Shown here piece by piece: positions 13,401-26,813 of a DNA stretch of 64,000 nucleotides. The notes below the pieces were generated by a model. The model ran no database searches, was not told the origin of the DNA, and worked only from the letters and a program-made list of their open reading frames with translations. Both the position numbers and the translations under genes were made by a program. This DNA comes from Octopus sinensis. Taxonomy: Eukaryota. Every line of letters begins with the position of its first letter. Within the stretch, counting starts at the first letter, position 1. Location: positions 68,262,001 through 68,326,000 of the forward strand of contig NC_042998.1 of assembly GCF_006345805.1 (NCBI RefSeq), in the 5' to 3' direction.

Positions 13401-15773
13401 ATTGATGATTGATTGATTGATTGATTGATTCTAGTTTCAGCTTATGAGCTGTGGCCATGCTGGGGCACCGCCATTTGGTGTTGCTACTACTGGTTTCACT
13501 TCATGGAGGCTTTCTAGCACTGCTATTTGTGCATGAAGAGAGTTCGATGCAGCTGCCCTCATCTGCCCCTCCTGCCGTGAAGTTGGTTCATCTGGGACCC
13601 TGACAGGAAGAGATCCAGCTTCATTTTAAAGACATCTGTATCCACCCCATGCAGGTCTCTCAGGTTCTTCGGGAGGATATTGAAGAGCTGTGGGCCTCGG
13701 AAGCCCAGGCTATCACAGATCTTGTCCTACATCTTGATGGCAGGTTTGGAGTCCTAGGCACCACGCAGTGGCGCCCATTTCTGGCATTTGCGTAACTCTC
13801 GATGCCAAAGTTCAGGACACTTCCCTCCAGGATCTTCCAGATGTATATTATGGCATATCTTTCCCGCCTACGCTCCAGGGAATATAATTTTAATCTCTTG
13901 AGTCTTTCCCAGCAGCTTACATTCTGCATAGAGGCTATCTTCTTTGTGTAGCTTCGTTGGATCGCCTCAAGTTCTGTGATCAACTTGACACTGGATGGTG
14001 ACCATAGCTGAGAGCAATAGTCAAAGTGGCTTAGGACAAGTGTCTTCCAGAGGACCATCATGGTTTCTTGTTCTCTTGTTCTAAAGGTTCTAAGAATCCA
14101 TCCAGCCAGCCGTCTACATTTCATTGTCAGTTTTAGCACATGTACATGAAGGTCGCGTCATCACTCATGTGAATACCCAGGTCACGCACTGATGTGCCTC
14201 TGGGATTGCAATCCCTCCGGGTCCAGTGTATTCATTGGGTATTGCATTCAGTTTTGCATGCTGATAGTATAAAGCTTAAAACTTTCCAGCATTGAACTGC
14301 ATGCTATTCTTTTCAGCCCACTTGTATATTTCGTCCAGCTCACATTGCAGGTTGTTTAGTGTCCTCAGGGTTCTGTATTGCCTGTGAAACTTTTGTATCA
14401 TCTGCATACTTGTGATCGTGGCTCTCTGCGTGGCTGAGGGCATGTCTGAGAGGGCCATTATGAACAGTAGTGGTCCCAGAACAGTGCCCTGCGGAACACC
14501 GCTCACTATTTGTGTGTTAATGGAGGTGGCCCCATTGGCTACTACCCCTTGACTTCTATCCTTCAGAAAGTCATGAAGCCATTCCTCCCAGTTTTCCAAC
14601 TATTTGAGAGATCACGCAGTTTGTGACATATCATTCCATGATCGACTTTATCAAAGGCCTTTGCAAAGTCGAGATATATCACTTCCACATTTGAGTGGTT
14701 GAGCAGCCGTTTCAGCACCCAGTCATAGTGTTGTAGGAGCTGAGTTAAACAGCTTCTCCCTGGTCGGAAACCATGTTGGGTGTCGGGCAGCAAGTCATTC
14801 TCTTCAAGGAAGGTGATCAGCTTCCTTCTGACTATTCGTTCCATGACCTTGCTGATGTGTGAGGTCAGAGAGATAGTTCTTGGCTTCCGCTCTGCTACCT
14901 CCTTTATGAATGGGGCATATTTTACCTTCCTTCAGTTTTCCTGGAAGTTTGCCAGCTGCAAGGAAGCTCTGAAAGAGGAACTGCAGTGGTCTTGCTAGGA
15001 CTCTCTTACATGCTTTTAGGAGGATTGCCAGGAATCCATCGGGGCCAGTAGCTGAGTCTGTTTTCATTTCATCTATAGCCTTGGTTACATCGTCTTCTTT
15101 ATATCGATGTAATCTATCGTCGCCGCCTCTGATTTTATATCTGCAGTGGTAAAAAAGTCAGTTGGATTGGTGATTTGGAGATGCCCAAGGGGTGGAGTGA
15201 AAACACTCTTGAATGGCTCATTCAGTATTTCACTTACCCTCATGGTTTTTCCTGTAAGTGTGCCATCCTTTCGAGGAGTGGCCCTATTCTACAGTGCACT
15301 GTAGCTGTTTCTTTGGCATACCTGTAGAAAGCTCTGGGGTTAGATTTTATGTTTTCTATAGCCCAGGCTTCTTTGTCGCTCTTTCTTTTTCATGGGAGAG
15401 TTGCAGACATTTTTCGATTTCCAACAGTTTTATTTTTAGGCGGGACTTTTCACTGCTTTCAATCTGTTTGTTTAGGCGATTTGAAAATTTCGTACGCCGT
15501 CTCATTAAAATTTTCCTCTCTCTGGGGATTTTGTTCTTGTGTACGGTGGCCTTTCTCTCTGGGACACATTTTAGCATATGGCTTGCATTACAGACTGAAT
15601 TGTTGAAGTTTCACGTCGATGTCTGGCGAGGAGAGACATTTAGGCCAGTTTTGTTTGAGGATCTCTTTCTCAATTTGTTTCCAGTTTGCCTTATGGTAGT
15701 TCAAGCTGGAAAGATTTTGAGGGTTTCTTGTAGGCTGCATGTCCGTGCTCTCTTTTGGCCCGTACATGGTCAG

Positions 15774-15776
<3 letters not shown>
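13398..15776 (-). mobile_element. 5'-truncated CR1-clade LINE (RT pseudogene) with (AATC)n tail
   Basis: ORF pieces with non-LTR RT motifs: QHGFRPGRSCLTQLL, YLDFAKAFDKVDH, GVPQGTVLGPLLF, frameshifted YADDTK (about 14395-14412), LERRRER. Several frameshifts. Confidence 0.92.
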
Positions 15777-15822
<46 letters not shown>

Positions 15823-15827
<5 letters not shown>

Positions 15828-16027
15828 CTTAAAACTTAAATATGTTTCGACCAAGATTGATCCAGGCTATGTCTAACTTAATAGCACCACCTGATAGGAT
15901 TATCCAACTCCTTTTTAAGTCGAATATTGTGGTATCATGGTCCATTTGAGTGGGGAGTTCTTGTTGAATAGGTTGTATCGAAGTATAGGTGGCTTATCTG
16001 GTATTCCTTGAAGAAATTTGTCCAGTG
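15823..16027 (-). mobile_element. 3' end of a second CR1-like LINE subfamily
   Basis: LDKFLQGIPDKPP...NSPLKW resembles the CR1 ORF2 C-terminus, followed by a distinct tail. Confidence 0.55.
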
Positions 16028-16255
16028 TATGTATGTATGTATGTATGTATGTATGTATGTATGTATGTATGTATGTATGCATGCATGTATGTATGTATGT
16101 ATGTGTGTATATATGTGTGTGTGTGCGTTTGTATGCATATATATATATATGTATATATATAAACTTGTTTAAATTGTGTGTATGTGTGTATATATATATG
16201 TGTGGGGGGGTGAGTGTTTGTGTGTATATATATACATACCTATATATATATATAT

Positions 16256-16467
16256 GATTCAAAATGTGACCGCGTGTGTACCGTTGGCGATTTTTTCCTC
16301 TGTCTTCCCTTCTCTGGATCTTTCCTTCTCCTATGTTTCTGACGAGGAGCTCCGCTCGAAACGTTACACCCCCCCCCCTGCTTTCCTTTTTTCTTGAGCG
16401 TCCAATAATACTATATTGTTCCACGTCCTCGCGTTTTTGTGTTTTTTTTGTGCTTTCTTGTTAGGAT

Positions 16468-16472
<5 letters not shown>
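16256..16472 (+). mobile_element. PLE pseudo-LTR-like element flanked by (TA)n, carrying an HHR
   Basis: (TA)n on both sides. Its 3' part recurs inverted at 20482-20570; a related element lies at 61330-61635. Confidence 0.7.
16335..16369 (+). ncRNA. Minimal type I hammerhead motif
   Basis: GTTT CTGACGA G GAGC tcc GCTC GAAA CGT T / ACAC; core intact, stem I 3 of 4 bp. Confidence 0.7.
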
Positions 16473-16538
<66 letters not shown>

Positions 16539-17002
16539 CGGAGATGTACTTGCATGGCAAGTGACCTGATCTGAGATCGTATGCTGAACAGAAGCAATTG
16601 CAGCGAGGAAGGTGTTTATAAGCCATTTAAAACACACAAAAACCGTTAGAATAGAATATGAAATAAAGAATATCGCTGAAGAGGTTTTCCCCACCTGGTG
16701 AGTTGTAGTGAGAAAATATATAACAAAAGAAGGAAAATGCGCACAATCTATATATTTTTAATGTGGGTTTGGAAAACATTTTTGGTATCATCTATTCACC
16801 ATTACACGTGTTTCATTTGCTAATAAGAGTTTAACATTGTATATATAGTAGAAAGCATGTAAGCTGTCTCCTATTAGAAATTCTTCAAACAATCAAATAA
16901 TAAACGTCTTGGATTTTAACTCATTTTGTGTGTGTGTGTGTGTGTGTGTTGTGTCTGTGTGTGTCTGTGTGTGTGTCTGTGTGTGTGTGTGCGTGCGTGC
17001 GT

Positions 17003-17052
<50 letters not shown>

Positions 17053-17590
17053 ACTACATTTAAACAGTTAATCTCTATCGCATCAGTCTCATACTCATAC
17101 AAAGGCATCGTTATCTGAAAGTTTGGAAACAGTGATGATGCTGGTGAAGACGATGTGGATTAGAATGGTGATATCGATGTTTTCTTTACATATATCTTTA
17201 CCATTGTTTTCTACGGCAGCTTCTGGCTGGTTTTGGATGTCTTTTGAAACAGACAACCATCAAAGAAGTCGGAAATAACAATGGCCACTTGTGACAGATA
17301 TATATATATATATTAAAGAACGGATGATGACTGTTGTTGAAGAGGTTTAGCTGTGAAGCAGTTTGTGTTTTGGTATTAATATTGAAGTATGAGTTCTTGC
17401 TATTAGTGCGAGTCATGCGAGTCAAAGAGAAATAGCTCGTCACATAAAAACTATTTTCGGTAAACCGAACTGAATCACACAAAGTTATTGGGCAAATTTT
17501 GAGTACGTATATGTATGTATAGGAGGGAGATAGATATTACATATATATATATATATATAAAACTTGTTTAAATTTGTGTGTGTGTATGTG

Positions 17591-17688
<98 letters not shown>

Positions 17689-17717
17689 CTATTACACACA
17701 GAGAAACATATATAAAA

Positions 17718-17905
17718 TATTACGGAGATGTACTTACATAGCATTGACCTGATCTAAGATCGTGTGCTGGAACAAAACCAATTGCAGCGAGGAGGGGTGT
17801 TTATAAGCCCTTTAAAACACACCAAAACTGTTAGATTTCGCTTCACCATTAAATTTAATTTGCCAAAATATTTTCGTAGCTTTGAGACCACGACCTGCTC
17901 ACTGA
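17718..17905 (+). repeat. Dispersed repeat, with a second copy at 16537-16650
   Basis: TTACGGAGATGTACTT.CAT.GCA...GTTAGA is shared; both copies are preceded by AAACTTGTTTAAATT(T)GTGTG and (TA)n. Confidence 0.8.
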
Positions 17906-18192
17906 CTAAATTTCGTGCTGCATCTCTCTCTTTCTTCCTCTTTCTCTCTCTCTCCGCTCGCAGAAAAAAAATTTATAAATACATCTCTCCCTAAAACATA
18001 CCATTGCAAGCAGAAGCGTTTGTTTAAAGATCTGAGAAAACGTAATTTCCCCTTTTTTTTACAATTTTAATTCTCACACTAGTTTTTTTTTTTTTCAGTA
18101 TGACTTGTCGACCACCACTGAAATTAATGAACTTTCTACATTCTAACAAATTAATATACAGTTTTAATTTCTGTTTTGAACATGAAAATTTA

Positions 18193-18277
18193 TCAACATT
18201 GAAACATTTTAATTTAACAACATTGAAACATTTCAGTTTGTCAACATTGAAACATTTTGATCTGTCAACATTGAAAC
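18193..18277. repeat. 24-bp minisatellite, about 3.5 copies
   Basis: Unit TCAACATTGAAACATTTT.AT.T. starts at 18193, 18217, 18241 and 18265. Confidence 0.85.
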
Positions 18278-18429
18278 TTAAAGCGATTCGTTTCTAATTT
18301 TACACTTTTACCATTGATAAACAAAAAATATTGTTAAAACTTTCTTGGTATATATGTAAATAAATGTATTTTAAGCATTTACGAGCTTTTGAAATTTAAG
18401 CGCATTTTCAACAACACATTTCCCTGAAT

Positions 18430-18716
18430 ATATATTTTTTTGTTTTTTTATATTCGTCCCTTTTGCTGTCCTGTTTCCGTATGCATTCGATCCTTCTCCA
18501 GGAATCTACGCTCCCAGCTTAGTTTTTCTAAATGCTCGTTGCTTAGTTTTTCTTGAGGGCTGGCCGTGATCTAGTAATCTCAAGATTAATCAGCCGAAAT
18601 TACTACGATGATCCGGTCTTGACTGAAGACTGAGGGTTTCGAATGTCCTGTCCGTGTTTTTGTATCGTCTTCTAAGATTATACGTTCTTGTCCATGTTGT
18701 ATTTTTCTACATACCT

Positions 18717-18720
<4 letters not shown>
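18430..18720 (+). repeat. Dispersed repeat, with a relative at 44630-44990 that carries a ~62-bp inverted repeat
   Basis: Shared CTTAGTTTTTC.T.G.GGCTGGCC...CCGAAATT...CTGA.GA...CGAATG.CC.GTCCGTGTTTTT. Confidence 0.65.
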
Positions 18721-18762
<42 letters not shown>

Positions 18763-18794
18763 ATATATTATATTATATATATATATATATATAT

Positions 18795-19230
18795 ATTGAT
18801 AAAAATGGTAAGACAACAAAGAATGAAAGAGACCTCGATATTAGTAATATAGAGGAATTTATCTGTAAATGTAATATGTGACAATTATTCAGTAGCCATG
18901 ATAAAACTCCGAGTTTCGGATGCCGAGGTGGAAATCCACGCCGCCATCTCTTCAGTTATCAGGCCATCGGAAAAAATGTTATGAAAAATGACCGTTATAC
19001 AAAGAGAAACTACTGTGTGATTGACCGTTATTAAGACAAAAAAGCTATTTGAATGACCGCTAAGTGAGGGGAGGGAGTAAAAGTAAGGGGGTAAAAAGGT
19101 TCATAGTATTCGCATAAGAGTGCATGTCCATACCTACAGATGCGCGCCCGCACACCCACGTGCATGCGCCTAAAAGTATACACTCATCCACCCTCACTTG
19201 AAACGTACACAGCCTCCCCGCACCATTCGC

Positions 19231-19266
<36 letters not shown>

Positions 19267-20100
19267 TACACACACGCGCACCAAAAAGGTTTCCTACACG
19301 CAAACACAAGAAAACACAGGGCTAAGGATGACAATACAGAAAAGGGTTAAACCACATCTATATACGCACATACCTGTATGCACGCACACACACACGCCTA
19401 TATACGCGCATACTCGCACACGTCTATATACGCAAACACACACGCGCACACAAAAAAGTTCATACACACGTCTATATGCGTCTATACACATGAAAAAACA
19501 GGTCCAAAGGCAAAAATACAGGAAAATGAGTAAAAAACAGAGTAAAACACGTCTATATACGTACATACTCGCATGCACGCACACATCCACACGCGTGCTC
19601 AAAGGATTCCATATTCACGTCTATATACGCACAATGAAAATGCAGGGTGGAAGGTAGAATACAGAAAAATTATGTGTAAAAATATATAAGCAATAAACCT
19701 ATAAACCAATATCTCTATAAATATGTATAAAAAATATAAATAAAAGTATATAAGAAATATAAGTAAAAGGTATAAAGGGATAAAAAAAACTTGTACGTGG
19801 ACACAATACAGAAAGCAAGGTCTATCTGTAATATCGGGGGAACCGAAAACGTAACAAATATTTGGCCACGTGTAAGCATGATGCGAAAAGTTCAGTTCTT
19901 GAATTCAGACATGTATCGGGGTCTAAGCTGCTTTTCCAGATGAGACATCTTTCCATATAACATAGACCGCACTTTCCACTGCCGTTGGTGTAGGGCTTAC
20001 ACTTGGCTAAGATCTTCCAATGGATGTTGTAACTGACACCTTTATCTTTTAATGACCATATATGACTGGATAATTTGGTCCAGTTTCTACCTGTCTCCTT
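18795..20100 (-). mobile_element. PLE 3' fragment: GIY-YIG C-terminus, 3' UTR, HHR and tail
   Basis: Minus-strand translation from about 20075: TKLSSHIWSLKDKGVSYNIHWKILAKCKPYTNGSGKCGLCYMER...LNSRTELFASCLH (PLE endonuclease C-terminal Cys/His motif). Not in the ORF track. Confidence 0.8.
18900..18960 (-). ncRNA. Type I hammerhead motif downstream of the PLE endonuclease
   Basis: GATAA CTGAAGA GATG..GTGG attt CCAC..CATC C GAAA CTC G GAGT T / TTATC; 5-bp stem I, ACTC:GAGT stem III. Confidence 0.75.
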
Positions 20101-20300
20101 TTCTTAAGATATATATATATATATGTGTGTGTGTGTGTATGTAACTATATATATGTATATATGCATATATATATATATAGAGAGAGAGAGAGATAGAGAA
20201 AGAGAGATAGATAGATAGATATAGATAGATAGATAGATAGATAGATAGATTATAGATAGATAGAAGATATATATATGGATATATATATATACATAATATA

Positions 20301-20346
<46 letters not shown>

Positions 20347-20383
20347 CATTCATATATATATATACATATATATATCCATATAT

Positions 20384-20426
<43 letters not shown>

Positions 20427-20579
20427 TATATAGTATATAATATATATATATATATATATTAATGTATGTATGTATATATAGTTAATCCAAACAAGAAAGC
20501 ACAAAAAACACAACAACGCGAGGACGTGGAACAAATATAGTATTATTGGACGCTCAGGAAAGAAGGAAAGTATGTTGTA

Positions 20580-20624
<45 letters not shown>

Positions 20625-20798
20625 CTTAAGAAAAGGAGACAGTCAGAATTTGGATTATTGTTTATTAGCGCATTCGTCCGTTTCATGGGAACTCTTCAGA
20701 CAAATTTTGCAGAAAATTATTTGCTATCTGAAGAGTGTCCATGAATGGACGAAAGTGCTAATAAACAATTATCCGAAATTCTGTCTCCTTTCTCTTAA
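20625..20798. mobile_element. Inverted pair of HHR-bearing arms, cores pointing outward
   Basis: Plus 20725-20763: TAT CTGAAGA GT GTCCA tgaa TGGAC GAAA GTGCT A / ATA. Degenerate inverted copy at 20661-20702. Both arms end in CTGTCTCCTTT. Confidence 0.75.
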
Positions 20799-20856
20799 TA
20801 TACAATATCTGTACATCTCTTCAAACACTATACATACAGATAGATAGACAGATTGC

Positions 20857-20942
<86 letters not shown>

Positions 20943-20945
20943 TAC

Positions 20946-20978
<33 letters not shown>

Positions 20979-21145
20979 ATTACGAAGACGGGCCAAACGA
21001 ATTAGATCGGCATAATTATAGACTTATATTTCTGAGCTGTCCCTAGCACCAGCATGTCTGTTGCTGACGGCACTGCGTGCATGTTTGAATGCCTGCAGGA
21101 ATATATGTAGCAAGCATATGTCTATGTGCCTATGTACGCAAGTAT

Positions 21146-21181
<36 letters not shown>

Positions 21182-21901
21182 ATATATATATAAGAAGGAA
21201 AGAAATGCAAAACCGAAAATATCTTGTCTTCTCAATTTATGAGTGGAAAACTAAGATCTTTCTTTTAAACTGAAAGCAGACGATGGGAAAGATTAAAAGA
21301 TTAGAATCAGATAAAGGACTTTGAATGAAAGAACTTTTCACACGGTTGAACTGATTGTGTGTAGGAGCAAAACCTGCTAGTCTGAGAACAGATCAAAGAA
21401 ATGTCAAAGGTGTACATCACCAGCTTTATATATAACGTAATATATATATATATATATATATAATATATATATCGATATATATATATATATTATATACGCA
21501 AACATATATGCAATATATATAATAATATGCAAATATATATATTATATTATATTATATAATATATATTATATATATATATAATATATATACATGTATAGTA
21601 TAGCCATGTATATACATAGGTTTACAAATATATACCTATGTATATTTATGCAAATACATACATATATAACTGTATAAATATATACGTTCACAAGCACACT
21701 CTTTGCCCATATATGTATATGCTTATACATGTGTGTGCGTATACTTACATAATTATAATATATGTGTGTGTGTGTGTAGATATAGATATACATACGTAGG
21801 TATGTGTCCATATAAACATTATGTAAATATAGAAAACATAAACGTATATATATATATATATATACAAACAATTACATGTATATATATACTTACATGAATA
21901 T

Positions 21902-21937
<36 letters not shown>

Positions 21938-22032
21938 CTTATATATATAAATGTATATACTTAATGAATATATATATATTGTATATATATATATAAAAAC
22001 TTTACTTATATATATATATATATATACTTACA

Positions 22033-22063
<31 letters not shown>

Positions 22064-22085
22064 TCGTATGTATATAGACAGACAG

Positions 22086-22116
<31 letters not shown>

Positions 22117-22486
22117 CAAAACACACATGGGTAGCATCTTGGTGGCTGTGTGTCACGTTGTATAGATTTGTGTTTTGTTGATGTTTTCTTAATGGCCTCC
22201 ACGCTTCACTAAGTCGACTTTATTTACATCAAAGGTTTTGGTCCGGCTTAGGCACGACTTACACGTCTGTCTAATAATACCGGTTGATTGGTAAGATCAC
22301 TAGATTAATTGTCCATTTCTTTGTAGTGAAAAGCAGTTCTATTGAAGGTGGCCGTTATCTTTTATGTCATCATATATAAAACATTATATCAAAAACATTT
22401 GCAGCGTTTGCTATCAACGTTATTGGTGTATCACAACGTTATTAATATAATAACGAACATCACTTGGAGTAGTAGTAATAGTAGGA

Positions 22487-22563
<77 letters not shown>

Positions 22564-22565
22564 GT

Positions 22566-22677
<112 letters not shown>

Positions 22678-22681
22678 TAAT

Positions 22682-25600
22682 AACACCGGGGACGTTTAAG
22701 AACACCGGGGACGTTTAAGAGAGAACACCGGGGACGTTTAAGATGTAAGAAGGAAAATACAGAGCTCCGAAATCTATCCACAAACATCGAAAACAAGGAC
22801 CCCTATGGAGCCAAGATTTACTAACAAAGAATTGGACTATATCCGAGTAAGTAATACTAATTGAAATTTATTACTATTTTCGAAACGAAATGATGTATAT
22901 TTGACTCGATATTATCTCCACCTCTAACACAACACATGTAAACATGCGTGGAACAACACGATCATCCCCGACCTCCAAACACCATGTACAAAGGAACTAC
23001 GAAGAAATTAAATGCCACCGATACTATTCAACCCAAGAATAACAATCGAGCGGTACGTACATTAAACCTACAACAAAAAATGTACGAAAAACTACACGTG
23101 CGAAATAATGTGACAACAGAAATAAACGGACCGGTACCCTACGAAAATGACGACCGTCAAAATAATGGGCCGGACGTTGTACCTCATGTCCCTCAAATAA
23201 AACCCAAAAGACTTAAATGGACACGTGAGGAATACATTTCTATCTTACACGCATGCTTCACAGCAATGCTCTACCCACAAAATGAAAATACAACAACACA
23301 TACATATAAAATATGGAAGGAAAATAATAGAGATATAGACTTGGATACAGCAATGAACCCTAATAAATTAGCTAACGTACGAAGATACATTCTCAAAGCC
23401 AAAAAATATCAGAAATAGAAATAGAACATTAAAAAAGAAAAAATACACAGGAAATGTAGATAGAAGCCACACAACAATGCCCAATAATATAAACACTGAA
23501 ACTGTAAAACACGAAGACAAACGCAACATTCCCAACAAACACGATGTAAACAACGAAGGGGAGCCTAATGATTATGATAATATAAAAAATAAAATAATCA
23601 AAGAACTGAAAACCACAGAGCCAAAATGGACCACCGACCATACCTCCCAAGAATAAAAATAAACGCAATAACAACACCAATTATAAACAACATAAACCTA
23701 GCCGTCACTGAACTAGCCACTGGAACAAAAGAAAGTGATATCACTGAACTAAATGACTTGATATACGCAGCAGCCACTGCAGCCACAAAAGAAGCTGGAT
23801 ACTCACCCAAACCCGCCCAAACAGGAGTACCACCACCCAAACAAACCCTGTGGATAAATAACATCCAAAAAAAATTTAAAAAATTAGAAAAGACCTATCG
23901 ATTCTTAATGAAATCAGCAAACAAGCAACGCTACTGAGCAACAAAAAAGAGAACAAAAATGCTCCGCAAATACAACATCAGAAAAAGATTTGCCGGAGAT
24001 AAAAGAAAAGCTGAAGCAAGATATCCTTGCCAAAGCTCAAAGGATCCGCCGGTACGAGAACGCCAACGCTTCTTTGAACAGAACAAAAAGTTCAACTCCA
24101 CCCCAAAAAGTTCTACCAAGAACTGGGCAAAAATAAAATAGAAGTCACTGCAGCACCAACGGCAGAAGAATTGGAAGAATTCTGGAGAGAAATATGGTCG
24201 GCGAACGAACAGCCAAAAAAAAGGAGTATGAAAATAACAAACTCGGCATCTGAACAACTTTGGAGCCCCATAACAACTGAAGAGGTCACCCAGGCACTGC
24301 AAAAACTAAGCAACTGGAAGGCACCTGGGCATGACAAAATCCCCAAATTCTGATTGAAATATCTAACAGGAATGCACAAAAGGCTGGCTGAAAACTTTAA
24401 CAGCATACTAGCAGAGCCAGAGACAATGCCTGAATGGCTCACGAAGGGGAAAACCATCTTAATTCCCAAATCAAATGAAACAACAAAACCAGAAAACTAC
24501 AGACCAATAACCGGCCTCCCTACTATGTTCAAGGCATTTACTGCAGTGATATCGCAAAGGCTGAACAAGCACCTGGACGAAAACAAACTGTTCCCAGAAG
24601 AGCAGAAAGGATGCCGCAAAGGCTCATATGGCTGTAAAGATCAACTAATGATTAATAAATCCGTAACTGAAGACAGCCACAGAAAGAAGAAAGGCCTCAG
24701 TATGGCCTGGATTGACTACAAAAAGGCGTTTGATAGCATCCCCCACACATGGATCCTCGAAACACTAGCCATTAACAAAGTAGCACCAACAATCATAAAA
24801 TCATAGAGCACTCTATGAATAAATGGCAAACAGTCCTACACCTCCAAACAAAAGAGGGACTCATGAAAACCAAAGACATCCCCATTAGAAGAGGAATATT
24901 CCAGGGAGACACGCTCTCTCCACTCCTTTTCTGCTTGGCACTGTCACCTCTATCTGATATGCTAAATAGAACTGGATGCGGATATAAATGTTACGGCAAA
25001 ACGATCAGCCACCTTTTATATATGGATGACCTAAAACTATACGCTGCAAATGACAAACAGCTGGAAACACTATTAAAGACAGTTCATGGATTTACCAAAG
25101 AAATAGATATGAAATTTGGATTAGAAAAATGCGCCAAAGTAACCATGAAAAGAGGAAAACTAGTTAAGAGTAACAACATCACACTAGATAAACCAATGAA
25201 ATAAAAGAATTAGACCAAAGCCAAACTTACAAATACTTAGGAATCCATGAACTAGATAAGACACAACACACACAAATGAAAGAGAAAATAAAAAAAAAGA
25301 ATATTATAGACGAGTTAGATCAATACTAAAAACAGAGCTCAATGCTAAAAACAAGATAATAGGTATCAACACTTTAGCTGTCCCATTTATAAGTTACAGC
25401 TACAATATCCTTAACTGGACACGAAATGAACTGTCCAAAATAGATAGGAAAACAAGAAAAATACTGACAGGATCTAGGATGCATCACCCAAAATCTGACA
25501 TAGAAAGACTTATATACAAACGTATAGAAGGTGGTAGAGGCCTTATACAGCTGGAAAACTACTATAAAATAACCACCATAGGACTGCAAAAATACCTACT

Positions 25601-26675
25601 TCAGAAGGAAGGAAAACTGATCCAGATAGCAGCAAAACACGAGCAAAACAAAAAACTGTTCTCAGTATTTAAGGAAGCTGACAAATACAAACAAGAAATC
25701 ATACCACCTAATAAACACAAAGAAGAAGAAGAAGATGAAGAAGAAACAAAAAAGCTATAAAACAAATGAAATCCAAACTAAAAATAGAACAGCAACGAGC
25801 CATGATAAAACGATGGCAAGAAAAGCCCCTTCATGGTAAATACTGCACTAAACTAAACGCAAAAGAAATAGACAAAGAAAAATCCCAGCAATGGTTGAGA
25901 AGCTCAGGACTCAAAGCAGAAACAGAGGGATTTTTAATTGCAGCACAAGACCAAAGCCTCCCCACCAGAAATTACCAAAAACATGTAATGAAAAGAAATA
26001 TTACAAGTAACTGCAGAATATGTGGAGATGGACAAGAAACAATAAATCATATTATCTCTAGCTGCCCAGTCCTGGCTAAGAAGGAATATATTCACAGACA
26101 TGACAGAGTTGGAACCTACATACATTGGAAGCTATGCCAACATTATGGAATAACAACAGAAAAAAGATGGTATAGGCACACACCAGAAAAGGTCACAGAA
26201 AACGAGAAAGCAACCATACTCTGGGATATGCCGATACACACAGATAGAGAAATTAAGGCCAACAGACCAGATATAGTTGTCAGAGATCATGAAGAAAAAA
26301 AATGCTTTCTAATTGATGTATCAATACCGGCAGATGACAACGTGTCTCTAAAAGAAATGGAGAAACTCTCAAAATACAAAGACCTGGAAATAGAGGTAAC
26401 TAGAATGTGGAACCTGAAAACAGAAACAATTCCTATCATAGTAGGTGCATTAGGCATGATAAAAAAATATTCAGACAAATACATAACAAAAACACCAGGA
26501 CTACACAAACACATATAACATACAAAAATTGCACTACTAGGCACTGCACACATCCTACGCAGAACACTTTCCATACAATAACCATCAGAGCATCACAACA
26601 AATCACAGCACATACCCAAGGCACACAGAGCTGCGCTCGGTAGTGAAGTGAAAGCACGCTATAAAAATAAAACTA

Positions 26676-26680
<5 letters not shown>
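22682..26680 (+). mobile_element. Near full-length R4/Dong-clade non-LTR retrotransposon within (TAA)n
   Basis: N-terminal KWTREE..KLANVRRYI; RT motifs PENYRPIT, EQKGCRKGSYGCKDQL, IDYKKAFDS, GIFQGDTLSPLLF, YMDDLKLY; CCHC motif CRICGDGQETINHIISSC; RLE motifs RPDIVV..IDVSIP..EKLSKYKDL. (TAA)n lies on both sides. Confidence 0.93.
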
Positions 26681-26758
<78 letters not shown>

Positions 26759-26813
26759 TAATAATAATAATAACAATAATAATAATAATAATAATAATAA
26801 TGATAATAATAAT

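Noticed and set aside
17855-17910. Minus-strand GAAAATATTTT palindrome after a hairpin-like segment
   Set aside because: No CTGANGA core upstream.
18615-18660. CTGA(A/G)GA...CGAAT motif here and at about 44870
   Set aside because: GAAT instead of GAAA, and no stem I or stem III pairing; not callable as a hammerhead.
22682-22742. Short direct repeats (also 26814-27042) superficially like CRISPR arrays
   Set aside because: No unique spacers, eukaryotic context and no cas genes.
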